Source: Candidatus Heimdallarchaeota archaeon | GTDB taxonomy: Archaea > Asgardarchaeota > Heimdallarchaeia > Hodarchaeales > Hodarchaeaceae | DNA: 25,941 nt | Assembly (NCBI GenBank): GCA_048881705.1 | Contig: JBHLSH010000057.1 | Span: 1 to 25,941, forward strand | Direction of reading: 5' to 3' | In this document: in pieces, positions 15,401 to 24,169 of the stretch | How positions within the stretch are numbered: position 1 is the first letter of the stretch | Layout of the letters: each line of letters starts with the position of its first letter | Position numbers and translations under genes: made by a program | The notes under the pieces: generated by a model | The model's database searches: none | Seen by the model: only the letters and a program-made list of their open reading frames with translations | Told to the model about the DNA's origin: nothing

Positions 15401-16165
15401 GATAAAACGTTAACAGAAGCCACGTCGCTCTATTATCAGGGTGAGGAGGAAGTAGCAACGGAAAAATTCATTCAAGCTTCTGAGGTGAGCCGACACCTCG
15501 GATATCTTCGGGTAATGCTTGAAGCAGATTTACGGGTAGTGTTGATTGCCAAGGAATCAGGGACTTTAAATGCCAATCATGTTGTCTTCCAACGTATTCC
15601 CCCGCTCCCATTGGATAACCCCTATACAACGGCGCTAATTCAGATGCTATCGGCAGTTCGGGAGGAACTCAACGACAATTGGGGTGCGGCAGAAAAGTTC
15701 TGGAACGAGGCGTTGCCCTCCGAGAGGTTAAGCCATGATTTTAGAACGACGTGTCAAGGCGCCTTGGTAGAATCGGCTTTCCGAACTTGGTTTTACAACC
15801 AGTCTAGTAAGAATCACGACCAAGTCCTTAGACGCCTAGAAGAATGGAAACAGTTGAGTGAGGCCAATGACCGTCCTGGGAGCTTGTGTCCATACTTCCT
15901 CTTTCAGGCCCGTTTTGCATTAGCTTCTTATGACTTTGAGGAAGTAGACACCTGGTTACAGAAATGTATCGAGGTAGCAAAGACCACAGGATTACATCAC
16001 TATCTACGGAGGGCCGAAGAAGCAAAAGGGGAACTAGTTCACCACAAAAAACGGATCGAAACCTTGGCTGAGGCAGAAAGGCTCCTCTCCCCCGAAGAAG
16101 CGGGAAAATTGGTGCAGCAATATCTTCAAAGAGCAATCCAGATCAAAGTAGATTATAAATCCTAA
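12479..16165 (+). CDS. Receptor-like membrane protein A: signal/TM, 14 WD40 blades, 8 DxDxDG Ca-binding repeats, TM, cytosolic TPR-like helical domain
   Basis: N-terminal KRR plus a hydrophobic stretch; 14 FSPDG...LAS...W[DN] units; DxDxD[GS]xx[ND]xxE repeats; TM HLLITALIIIFLLSNLVYF followed by basic GKRLLRKR; ~280-aa helical tail. Confidence 0.88.
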   Translation: MEYPTFIRFTLNIKRRVPIWIVIPVILAAILPIPSDSSLLTTDPSFSRSSQNSAFPKETSPQRKIQQQGAQGFGDPIVAISDIRGNIQSLEFSPSGRFLAVGGLNPGAGGVWVWDVSQGVLQWFNDQAHLSLTKSVAFSPDEKVLASVGHRGGIGLWNISDGTRITLFPESTNYNFQHLLFSPDGTELIGSSNVGFLYSDEAYLTFWNVSSGELTKAVMLSSGPSEDMALSPNGSLLATGSKTGIYRVSVWDLTTPEPELVLTFSGERYTTTGSLDFSPDGTLLVSGGSDGILNIWNLTSRTEIPGSPVIGHDLGMTSVKFSPQGSILVSAEGGGTGTKQIKFWDTTTWENFHTISVETGAQYLAFHPSGNILAVNDFRLGIVFRSVVRNQAQVQRLTYHTSQVTSLTFGFNDLILASADSSANIQLWNASNQQALENFKGSPPTILGTSITRSADGQWLASGSSDQIIRFWNVSTGQVQYTLSEHETSVISVAFSPDGQWLASGDDKGMIKLWNVTSPTNFTVHLNLTGHFSAVTSLQFSPDNRFLASGSHASSIFLWNLTTGKIIASLPGHKDRVTSVAFAPDGTKLISASWDGTVKIWAIPSGAISGVELAHPDAVNTLDYSQDGKLIASGGSNGIVRIWNATTGLLLTSFHDQAQEILALAFSPDTTLLAAAGRELDVFLYDLDPLPLDTDRDSMDNPWETTHGMDPLNFWDAFDDSDADGLMNTMEYWLDTNPREPDSDSDGIPDFWEYIYRSDPSTPDEDQDVDHDEIPNLYEYQMGLNSFINDSWKDLDGDSLTNLEEAEFGSWANRSDSDFDEMPDWYEYQAGGVWFGVNFFPNLDPLVNDSQGDLDRDGMPNLYEYLYGLKAWVPGDALTDSDNDGINNLAEYRAGTNPRDFWSVPVESRSIPHLLITALIIIFLLSNLVYFQGKRLLRKRYIRKFGAPDYAAAKRVQEANLPNYRSLLQAQEQADKTLTEATSLYYQGEEEVATEKFIQASEVSRHLGYLRVMLEADLRVVLIAKESGTLNANHVVFQRIPPLPLDNPYTTALIQMLSAVREELNDNWGAAEKFWNEALPSERLSHDFRTTCQGALVESAFRTWFYNQSSKNHDQVLRRLEEWKQLSEANDRPGSLCPYFLFQARFALASYDFEEVDTWLQKCIEVAKTTGLHHYLRRAEEAKGELVHHKKRIETLAEAERLLSPEEAGKLVQQYLQRAIQIKVDYKS

Positions 16166-16406
16166 AAAAGCAGGGAAACTCATAGACAATGTCCCTTTTC
16201 AGCCACCCAATGATTTGGTTGACCTTATGATACCTCGAATCGAGCGTCAAAGCTCCACGTACCGATTTGTTAAGGATGGAGCAGTTGGTGGTAGAATTTC
16301 CATTCTCCAAGAGAAGTCATTCTAATTATTTGGAAAATCCTTATGATAGCAAATAATGTGAAAGGTTGAATCGTTTTCTGGAACCAAAGATAAGAGGTAC
16401 CCGCTG

Positions 16407-19400
16407 TTGATCCAATTCGCTATCGACATCAAATGGAGAGAGTCTATTGGGATCTTTATCCTGATTATTTTGGCTTTCAGCTTTCGAATCCCATTTAATT
16501 CATCTTTACTGAGTGAAAACTCCTCCCTTTCCCGATCTACGCGCATTTCTAGCTCATTTATGGGGGAAAAACCATCGCTCAAGATTCACCAACAAGGGGG
16601 ACAGGATTTTGGTTCTTTGATCAATACTGCCCGTTTCTCCCATAGCGTAAGATGCCTGGAGTTCTCCCCCAGTGGGAAATTTTTTGCCGCGGGTGGCTCT
16701 GCCCACTTACGTACAAGCTCTGGGAGCATATCGCTTTACAATTTTTTGCAGGGCATCTTATTGTGGAGTAATTTGGCGGTTCATCTCTCTCAAACGGAAT
16801 CACTCGCGTTTTCTCCAGATGAAAGGATTCTTGCTACTGTTGGAAGACTTGGAGGGATGAAACTGTGGAATGTTTCGGATGGCACACAGATCTCTGTTTT
16901 CCCTGACGCAGAAAATCGTAGTTTTGAACACCTTCTGTTTTCACGGGATGGAACGGAAATCATTGCAAGTACGAGAGTTGAAGGAATAAGGGGGCAATAT
17001 GAGCAGGGATTTCTATCTTTTTGGAATGTTTCCTCAGGAGAGATGAAAAGCGAGGTTGAGCTACCTTATGGTGCGTCACGGGACATAGCACTTTCCCCCA
17101 ATGGCTCGCTTCTAGCCACTGGGAGTAACGAGCACGCGTCAGAAGGACAAAAGGTGTCTGTGTGGGATCTCTCCACACCGGAACTTGAGCTAGTTCACAC
17201 ATTTTCAGCACAAGGCACTGAAACTGTGCGAACCTTAGATTTCTCACCAGATGGAACCCTAGTTGCATTAGGGGTTTGGGATGGGAACGTTCGCATTTGG
17301 AACCTGACGAGTGGAACCGAAATCATTGAATCCCCATTAAGCCATGATCTCTCTACCGGCATATTAGTTTCTGTTAAGTTTTCGCCACAGGGCACAACAC
17401 TGGTCTCGGCAGCAGGAGATGATGTTGTTGGTACGCGAGAGATCAAATTCTGGGATACTACGACCTGGGAAAATTTTCACACAATCATATTAGAGAGAGA
17501 TGCCCCATTTCTTGCGTTCACGCCCTCAGGCGATATTCTAGCCGTGGGTAGCTATGAACAAGGAGTTGATTTCAGAAAAGCTGCCAGGAGCCAGGTACAG
17601 TTTCAGAGACTAATACACCACACTAGCCCTGTGACTTCATTAGCTTTCGGATCCAATGGTTTGATATTGGTCTCCACAGACAGTAATTCGAACATTCAAT
17701 TCTGGAATGTGTCAAACCAGCAAACATTGGTAAATTTCACAGGTTCGCCACCAACTGTTCTTGGGACATCCGTAGCACTTTCTGCTGGCCGACAATGGCT
17801 GGTCTCAGGAAGCAGTGACAATATCATTCGCTTCTGGAACATATCTAACGGTCAACTCCAGTACTCGTTAACTGGTCATGAAACTAGCGTACTTTCCGTC
17901 GCGTTCTCTCCCAATGGGCAGTGGTTGGCCTCGGGAGACGACAAAGGGATGATCAAACTCTGGAACGTGACGAATCCTACGAATTTTACGGTTCATTTCA
18001 ATCTGACGGGTCATTTCTCCGCTGTAACCAGTATTCAATTTTCGCCTGATAGTCGTCTATTGGCCAGTGGGAGTGCGCAATCAAGTATCCTTGTATGGAA
18101 TCTCACCACGGGGAAAACTATAGCATCATTACTGGGCCACAAGAACCGTATCACATCGATGGTGTTTGCTCCTGATGGAAAAAGCTTAGTTTCAGCTAGT
18201 TGGGATGGAACTGCAAAAATATGGGATATCCCAGGTGCAACGTTAAGTGAAGTCGAATTGCTGCATCCTGGTCCAGTTAATGCGCTTGAATACTCCCGAG
18301 ATGGAAATTTAATTGCATCAGCGGGGAGTGATGGAGTAGTCCGCTTATGGGAGGCCACCTCTGGTAATTTACTTAGTTCTCTCCGCGATCAAACTCGAGA
18401 AATTTTCTCTTTGGCCTTTTCTTTTGACACAACTCAATTGGCTGCTGCAGGTGGTGACTTGGATGTCTTCCTTTATGATCTAGATCCGCTTCCTTTAGAT
18501 ACCGATGGGGATGGTATGAGTAATCCTTGGGAGACCACATATGGTTTGGATCCCCTGGATTTCTGGGATGCATTTGCTGATCCCGATGGCGATGGGCTGA
18601 TGAATAATATAGAACATTGGCTTCTTACTAACCCAAACAGCGCTGATAGCGATAATGATAGCATTCCGGATCTTTGGGAACACCTTTATCATTCTGATCC
18701 AACAACCAATGATGGAAACCAAGATGTGGATCAAGACGGGCTTTCAAACTTGTATGAATACCAGATGGGATTAAACAGCTTCATTAACGATAGCAGGATG
18801 GATTTGGATGGGGATGGATTGACCAACCTTATCGAACAGGACTTTGGGAGCTGGGCTAACCAAACCGATAGTGATTTTGATGGGATGCCTGACTGGTACG
18901 AGTATCAGGCAGGGGGTGTATGGATAGGTGACAATTTTTACCCACGTTTGAATCCGTTGCAGAATGATTCACAGGAAGACCTAGATCGGGATGGGATGCC
19001 AAACCTGTATGAGTATCTTCATGAGTTTAAAGCGTGGGTCTCGGACGACGCACTCATAGACTCAGATAACGATGGGATTAATAATCTGGCAGAGTATCGA
19101 GCCGGCACCAATCCAAGGGATTTTTGGAGTGTACCGCTGGTAAGTGGAAGTATCCCTCATCTCCTCTTCATTATTGTCATTATTATCTTTATAATAGGTA
19201 ATTTGGCGTACTTTCAAGGAAGACCCCTGCTGCAGAGGCGCTACTTACGAAAATTCGACGCCCCTGACTACCCAACGGCCAAACGGGTTCAACAAGCCAA
19301 CCTTCCAAATTATGCGGCCCTATTACAAGCCCAAGAAGAGGTCGCCAAAATATTAACAGCTGCTGCATCGTTCTATTATCAGGGGGAGTCTCTGCTCGCG

Positions 19401-20117
19401 ACAGAAAAATTCATTCAAGCTTCTGAGGCCAGCCAACACCTAGGATATCTTCGAGGAATGGTTGAAGCAGATTTACGGGTAGTGTTGATTGCCAAGGAAT
19501 CAGGGACTTTGGCTGCCGATCATGCTGTCTTCCAACGCATTCCACCGATCCCATCTGATGACCCTTATACGGCCGCGTTAACCCACATGCTATTGGCTGT
19601 CAGGGAAGAAGTCAACGACAATTGGGGCGCGGCGGAGCATTTCTGGCACGACGCGTTACTCTCCGATCAGTTGAGGCATGATTTTAGAACGGCATGTCAA
19701 GCTGCTTTAGTAGAATCCGCCTTTCGAACCTGGTTTTACGACCAGTCCAATAAGAATCACAACCGAATCCTGAAGCGTTTGGAAGAGTGGCAATTGTTAA
19801 GTGAGGCCAGTAACCGGCCAGGGAGTTTGTGTCCCGTCTTCCTGTTCCAGGCGCGTTTTGCGTTAGCCCAATATGATTTTAAAGAAGTAGATAAATGGTT
19901 ACAGGAATGTATGGAGTTAGCCGAGACAACGGGCGTAACCCACTATCTGAAGCAAGCTGAGAAAGCGAAAGAGGAACTTGTTCACCACAAAGAGCGGATT
20001 GAGACCTTGATAGCAGCAGAAAGACTCCTTTCCCCTGAGGAACAAGGAAAACTGGTTCAACAATATGTTCGGAGAGCGATTCTAATCAAAGAGGATTACA
20101 CATCTCAAAAACCATAA
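16407..20117 (+). CDS. Receptor-like membrane protein B, tandem paralogue of 12479..16165
   Basis: Same domain order and co-linear sequence (e.g. shared IKFWDTTTWENFHTI, DSDNDGINNLAEYRAGTNPRDFWSVP, EADLRVVLIAKESGTL). TTG start behind GAGGT. Confidence 0.88.
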   Translation: MIQFAIDIKWRESIGIFILIILAFSFRIPFNSSLLSENSSLSRSTRISSSFMGEKPSLKIHQQGGQDFGSLINTARFSHSVRCLEFSPSGKFFAAGGSAHLRTSSGSISLYNFLQGILLWSNLAVHLSQTESLAFSPDERILATVGRLGGMKLWNVSDGTQISVFPDAENRSFEHLLFSRDGTEIIASTRVEGIRGQYEQGFLSFWNVSSGEMKSEVELPYGASRDIALSPNGSLLATGSNEHASEGQKVSVWDLSTPELELVHTFSAQGTETVRTLDFSPDGTLVALGVWDGNVRIWNLTSGTEIIESPLSHDLSTGILVSVKFSPQGTTLVSAAGDDVVGTREIKFWDTTTWENFHTIILERDAPFLAFTPSGDILAVGSYEQGVDFRKAARSQVQFQRLIHHTSPVTSLAFGSNGLILVSTDSNSNIQFWNVSNQQTLVNFTGSPPTVLGTSVALSAGRQWLVSGSSDNIIRFWNISNGQLQYSLTGHETSVLSVAFSPNGQWLASGDDKGMIKLWNVTNPTNFTVHFNLTGHFSAVTSIQFSPDSRLLASGSAQSSILVWNLTTGKTIASLLGHKNRITSMVFAPDGKSLVSASWDGTAKIWDIPGATLSEVELLHPGPVNALEYSRDGNLIASAGSDGVVRLWEATSGNLLSSLRDQTREIFSLAFSFDTTQLAAAGGDLDVFLYDLDPLPLDTDGDGMSNPWETTYGLDPLDFWDAFADPDGDGLMNNIEHWLLTNPNSADSDNDSIPDLWEHLYHSDPTTNDGNQDVDQDGLSNLYEYQMGLNSFINDSRMDLDGDGLTNLIEQDFGSWANQTDSDFDGMPDWYEYQAGGVWIGDNFYPRLNPLQNDSQEDLDRDGMPNLYEYLHEFKAWVSDDALIDSDNDGINNLAEYRAGTNPRDFWSVPLVSGSIPHLLFIIVIIIFIIGNLAYFQGRPLLQRRYLRKFDAPDYPTAKRVQQANLPNYAALLQAQEEVAKILTAAASFYYQGESLLATEKFIQASEASQHLGYLRGMVEADLRVVLIAKESGTLAADHAVFQRIPPIPSDDPYTAALTHMLLAVREEVNDNWGAAEHFWHDALLSDQLRHDFRTACQAALVESAFRTWFYDQSNKNHNRILKRLEEWQLLSEASNRPGSLCPVFLFQARFALAQYDFKEVDKWLQECMELAETTGVTHYLKQAEKAKEELVHHKERIETLIAAERLLSPEEQGKLVQQYVRRAILIKEDYTSQKP

Positions 20118-20139
20118 CTAAGAAATCTTGTTCATAATT

Positions 20140-20931
20140 TCATTTAATAGCTACTCCTACTATCTCTTTGGCGTCGTGATCGTACGGAGCACCCTGTAAA
20201 TCACCATAGATAGAAACTTCGGAAAATCCCGCATTGACTAGCAGGGTTCTTAGGTCTGTTCCAGAATATAATCTATGATCCACTTCGAATTCCTTTTTAA
20301 GATTGTTCGGATCGTTGGTGTCGATTAAGAGCCAACGGTTATACATCCAACCCCAATCCTTCGTTGCTTTACGTTCAACTAGCCAGAATACGCCAGGTTC
20401 ATATTCACGCCACTCACGCTCTTTAAAAATTCGTGCGAGAACCTCTTTCCCCATCATCTCCATCAAGAACTTTCCACCAGGTTTAAGAGATGTGTAAACA
20501 TTTTTTAAAACCTGTTCATCTTCTTTTGGATCTCTAAAATAGCTAAAGGAAGTAGAGAGGTTTAACACCAAATCGAAGCTGTTGGGCTTGACGAATTCTC
20601 GCATGTCAGCTTGAATAAACTCAATGGAAAGAGATTCTTCCTTTGCACGTTTTATTGCTTCATCAAGATAGGATTTCGTTCTATCGATCCCGGTAACTTG
20701 AAAGCCTCTCCGGCCAAGCTCGAGAGAATGCCTCCCTGGACCACAACACAGATCGAGTACCTGACAAGGTGTTTGAATGTCAAGAAGGGAAAGAATTTGA
20801 TCGACCTGTTCTGGGGCCAATTCCCATTGACGGGGTATAAACATTACAGGCCCAAATGTCTCCCAAAAATCCTCTTCTTCGTGCCATACAGACCGTCTAT
20901 CTTGATTATTCATTGCAGATTTTCCTTCCAC
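20140..20931 (-). CDS. Class I SAM-dependent methyltransferase
   Basis: Motif I VLDLCCGPGRHS, followed by VTGID, QADMR, SFDLV and LKPGGKF. Start is GTG 20931 or ATG 20913. Confidence 0.9.
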   Translation of the reverse strand: MEGKSAMNNQDRRSVWHEEEDFWETFGPVMFIPRQWELAPEQVDQILSLLDIQTPCQVLDLCCGPGRHSLELGRRGFQVTGIDRTKSYLDEAIKRAKEESLSIEFIQADMREFVKPNSFDLVLNLSTSFSYFRDPKEDEQVLKNVYTSLKPGGKFLMEMMGKEVLARIFKEREWREYEPGVFWLVERKATKDWGWMYNRWLLIDTNDPNNLKKEFEVDHRLYSGTDLRTLLVNAGFSEVSIYGDLQGAPYDHDAKEIVGVAIK

Positions 20932-21142
20932 GGATCATAAATCGTTTCCAATTGTACCAAGCTGAGTTTGGGGTTACCAGATTAGAATATGTGAATAAAC
21001 CTCAAAATACAGGTTAGTTAGAGGAATGAAGGTTTGAGATTTAATAAAGAACACGCTTTTGGTATTGGTCTGCAAGTGAGGATAATTCCCGCTTAATATC
21101 GTTTAAAATATGGATAAATACCGCGGGCCTTCGGTTTAACAT

Positions 21143-23077
21143 ATGGTATCTCTATCCCAGCCTCTTAGAACAGGAACAGTAAACCTTTCTACTTCACGCG
21201 TGACTATTGAAACTTATGAAACCACTGATTTTTCCTTCACGGGATTGTTGGGGGGAGTTGGATTGGCAGCAACGGTACTTCTTAAGGAAATTCCGGCCCA
21301 AACGGATCCCTTGGGTGAAGATAACATTCTAGGATTTTGTACAGGATTACTATCTGGAACAAACATCCCGTTTTCGGGTAGATTTACCATTGTTGGAAAA
21401 TCTCCTCTTACTGGTACCTGGGGAGAGTCGAACGTAGGGGGAAAGTTTGGGCCCGAACTCAGGCGTGCGGGATGGGACATTCTCTTTTTTAAAGGACAAG
21501 CGCCAGAACTATCGATTGTCACTGTAATAGATGATGATATTGCAATAATTCCAGTGCCTGAACTTCAAGGACTCGATTGTGTGGAAACAGAGGGGAAACT
21601 TAAGGAAAAATATGGGAGACGAACCGAAGCTGCAACTATCGGGCTGGCTGGAGAAAAAAAAGTTTTGATCTCGGGAATAGTTACGGATAAGGGGAGAATC
21701 GCCGCTCGTAGTGGAATGGGGGCAGTCATGGGGGCCAAAAACCTGAAGGCAATTGTGGTAAGAGGAACCGAGAAAATAACGGTAGCGAAACCTAAGAAAC
21801 TTAAAGAACTCCGATCTCTAGTCAACAAACGAATCAAAAAGGGGCCAAATTTCCTACTTCGGCCCGGATTGCGTGCAGCAACACGGTTTGCGCCTTGGTT
21901 ACGTAGGTTGGGAGTTAAAAACTATGGATCCCTGGGACCGAATACTTTGGTGATGGAAACTTATAAGCGGTGGGGTACTTCCGCAGGGACAGCGATACTG
22001 GTAGAAACAGGTGGTTGTACCGTTAAAAATTGGCAGGGCTCACATAAGGACTTTCCCCTTTCCAAAAGTCTCGAACTGACCTCTGATAATGTCACCCAGT
22101 ATCAAAACAAGAGATACGCTTGTCATAGCTGTCCATTAGCCTGTGGAGGGATTGTACATTATCATGACGAAAGGTATACTATTCCAGAATCTCACAGGCC
22201 CGAATTTGAAACACTAGCAATGCTAGGCCCTAATATACTGAATGAGGATCTTGGAACCATTATTAAATTGAACGATGATTGTAATCGGCAAGGTCTTGAT
22301 ACTATTGCAGTCGGCAGCCTTTTGGGGTTTGTTATAGAGGCTTTTGAGAGGGGAATCATTAGAAATGATGATTTGGGAGGCCTATCCCCATCCTGGGGTT
22401 CTCCGCACGATTTGGTTGATCTTGTGGGATTAATTACTAGACGGGAAGGGATTGGGAATATTTTGGCGGATGGTGTGGGACGAGCTGCTGCTCAGTTCGG
22501 TGGGGAAGAGCTGGCGGTGCATATCCGAAATCAGGCTTTTCCAGCACATGATCCAAGGTTCAATCGTTGGCAACTTCTTTCCTATAAGCTAGCAGCAGCT
22601 CCAGGGAGACATAATCCGTTCCAAGAACTTTATGTCGATATGTCCCGATTTGATGATATGTTTCCAGAATTAGATCGTGATCACCGAGTCCCAAACTTTT
22701 ACTGCTATCATCAGACCATTTCTTCGCTTGGAATTTGTCAATTCGGTCTCTTAATGGGACATTATCCAGCGTTAGAATTCTTAAATTTCACCACAGGACT
22801 TGATCTCTCAATTGAGGAATTCATCGCGGTGGGTGAGCGAATTACTACCTTAAAACATATGTTCAATCTGCGTGAAGAGGTAAATCCTCTTAAATCTCCT
22901 ATACCGTCCCGTTTATTGTCACCTACCTTAAGCGGCCCAAATCGAAAAACCTTTTTGACGGATGATGGGCTTTATGACCGGTTTTTAGAGCGTCTAAGAT
23001 GGCATCCTATAACCACCCAGCCAGATCCTGACCACTTAAAGGAGCTGGGATTAGACAAAATGCTTATAGATATTTAA
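21143..23077 (+). CDS. aor: Tungsten-type aldehyde:ferredoxin oxidoreductase family protein
   Basis: KSPLTGTWGESNVGG, ARSGMGAVMGAKNLKAI, [4Fe-4S] CHSCPLAC plus distal GICQF, PEFET, GLDTI and AHDPR. Confidence 0.9.
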   Translation: MVSLSQPLRTGTVNLSTSRVTIETYETTDFSFTGLLGGVGLAATVLLKEIPAQTDPLGEDNILGFCTGLLSGTNIPFSGRFTIVGKSPLTGTWGESNVGGKFGPELRRAGWDILFFKGQAPELSIVTVIDDDIAIIPVPELQGLDCVETEGKLKEKYGRRTEAATIGLAGEKKVLISGIVTDKGRIAARSGMGAVMGAKNLKAIVVRGTEKITVAKPKKLKELRSLVNKRIKKGPNFLLRPGLRAATRFAPWLRRLGVKNYGSLGPNTLVMETYKRWGTSAGTAILVETGGCTVKNWQGSHKDFPLSKSLELTSDNVTQYQNKRYACHSCPLACGGIVHYHDERYTIPESHRPEFETLAMLGPNILNEDLGTIIKLNDDCNRQGLDTIAVGSLLGFVIEAFERGIIRNDDLGGLSPSWGSPHDLVDLVGLITRREGIGNILADGVGRAAAQFGGEELAVHIRNQAFPAHDPRFNRWQLLSYKLAAAPGRHNPFQELYVDMSRFDDMFPELDRDHRVPNFYCYHQTISSLGICQFGLLMGHYPALEFLNFTTGLDLSIEEFIAVGERITTLKHMFNLREEVNPLKSPIPSRLLSPTLSGPNRKTFLTDDGLYDRFLERLRWHPITTQPDPDHLKELGLDKMLIDI

Positions 23078-23119
23078 TTTGTATAAATCTTGAAGCTAAA
23101 TAAAGCGAGAAGATGTGGT

Positions 23120-23464
23120 ATGGGCGAATCGGAAGCAATAGAAGCAATTAAAAAGATGTTAAACAATTTTACACATGAGAAAGCAAAAAAACGATTCAGA
23201 AAATGGAACAAGGTGATGGCTTGGGAGTTTACTGACCTTGGGAAAACTTTTCATTCCACAATAACCGCAGGTGAACCTAGCTCACCAGTAGAAGGAGCCC
23301 CGGAAAAAATAGACATCAAGATTATAACGGATTCAATTACATGGGCTGGCATTCTCAACGGAGAGATTTCTGGAATGAAGGCCTATACAGGGAAAAAGCT
23401 TGATGTTAAGGGAAAGATGACAGATTTACTTAAACTACAAAAAGTAATGAAGGATTTAGAGTAG
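23120..23464 (+). CDS. SCP2 sterol/lipid-binding domain protein
   Basis: DIKIITDSITWAGILNGEISGMKAYTGKKLDVKGKMTDLLKL matches the SCP2 C-terminal pattern. ATG at 23120 is preferred over TTG 23090. It lies directly after AOR. Confidence 0.8.
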   Translation: MGESEAIEAIKKMLNNFTHEKAKKRFRKWNKVMAWEFTDLGKTFHSTITAGEPSSPVEGAPEKIDIKIITDSITWAGILNGEISGMKAYTGKKLDVKGKMTDLLKLQKVMKDLE

Positions 23465-23620
23465 TAGGGGGAAATATAAGAGGTTTTTGGTAGTTTTCAT
23501 TTATATAAAGGGATCAGAATCTTGGGGATGGAAAAGGCAAAGGAAGCTGGATTCTCTAAGTTATTTTATGGAACCCTCAATAGATGGATCAGTAATCCAG
23601 GCCAAACCCAGATTTATGAA

Positions 23621-23642
23621 GAAAAAAAAAGGGGGGGGAGGG
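23621..23642 (-). terminator. C-run/T-run terminator downstream of secreted-protein gene
   Basis: Forward A9 then G8 reads C8 then T9 on the minus strand, ~30-45 nt after the stop at 23669. Confidence 0.55.
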
Positions 23643-23668
23643 AGTCGGCAGGAATTTTTCCTCAAACC

Positions 23669-24118
23669 TTATGCGCGTAGAAGAGGACAGACAAAGTACA
23701 CGCCCGTGGATGCGATTGTCAAATGCCCGAGCGATAGGTGTTCAAGAACAGCGTCATCACTAGTTAGCTCAAAGTCTACAACACCATCGTTATCGGCATC
23801 ATGAATCGATAACCCTTTTTCTGTGAAAAACACAGCTTGTACCCACCAACGGCCACCGTTATAGTCCGTTTCATAGGGGGCTGCTTCCGCCACAGGTCTT
23901 TGTCCTTCAATTTCCATAAAGACGTATATCTTATCAACCGAATCGGGGTTCTTTGGGGCTTTGAAGAAAGCTTTGGTGTCTATTGTATCCCAAATCGTGT
24001 CATCAGCCCATATGAACTCTTCCGCTCGCTGTGCAGGTGCCGCAGCTACCATTGGCACAGATAAAGCCAGAAGCAGTCCTATCGTTCCCAAAACTAGAGC
24101 ATAATTTTTCTTTTTCAT
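23669..24118 (-). CDS. Secreted hypothetical protein
   Basis: Signal peptide MKKKNYALVLGTIGLLLALSVPMVAAA. The mature part has VAEAAP..DYNGGRW, a DADNDG loop and a terminal FVCP. SD-like GGAGATGA upstream. Confidence 0.75.
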   Translation of the reverse strand: MKKKNYALVLGTIGLLLALSVPMVAAAPAQRAEEFIWADDTIWDTIDTKAFFKAPKNPDSVDKIYVFMEIEGQRPVAEAAPYETDYNGGRWWVQAVFFTEKGLSIHDADNDGVVDFELTSDDAVLEHLSLGHLTIASTGVYFVCPLLRA

Positions 24119-24169
24119 TGTTTCATCTCCAATGCTCTAATAGTCGCAATAGCCAACAATATGATATAT

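Noticed and set aside
16322-16582. 86-aa minus-strand ORF
   Set aside because: It lies antisense to the start of receptor gene B, mirrors the shadow ORF of gene A and is a by-product of the duplication.
14540-19120. Regularly spaced repeats resembling an array
   Set aside because: They are degenerate coding repeats (WD40 blades, DxDxDG units) inside long ORFs. There are no identical repeats with unique spacers, so this is not CRISPR.
23487-23804. 105-aa plus-strand ORF containing KKKKGGGG
   Set aside because: The run is just the A9/G8 terminator tract translated, and the ORF overlaps the secreted-protein gene antisense.
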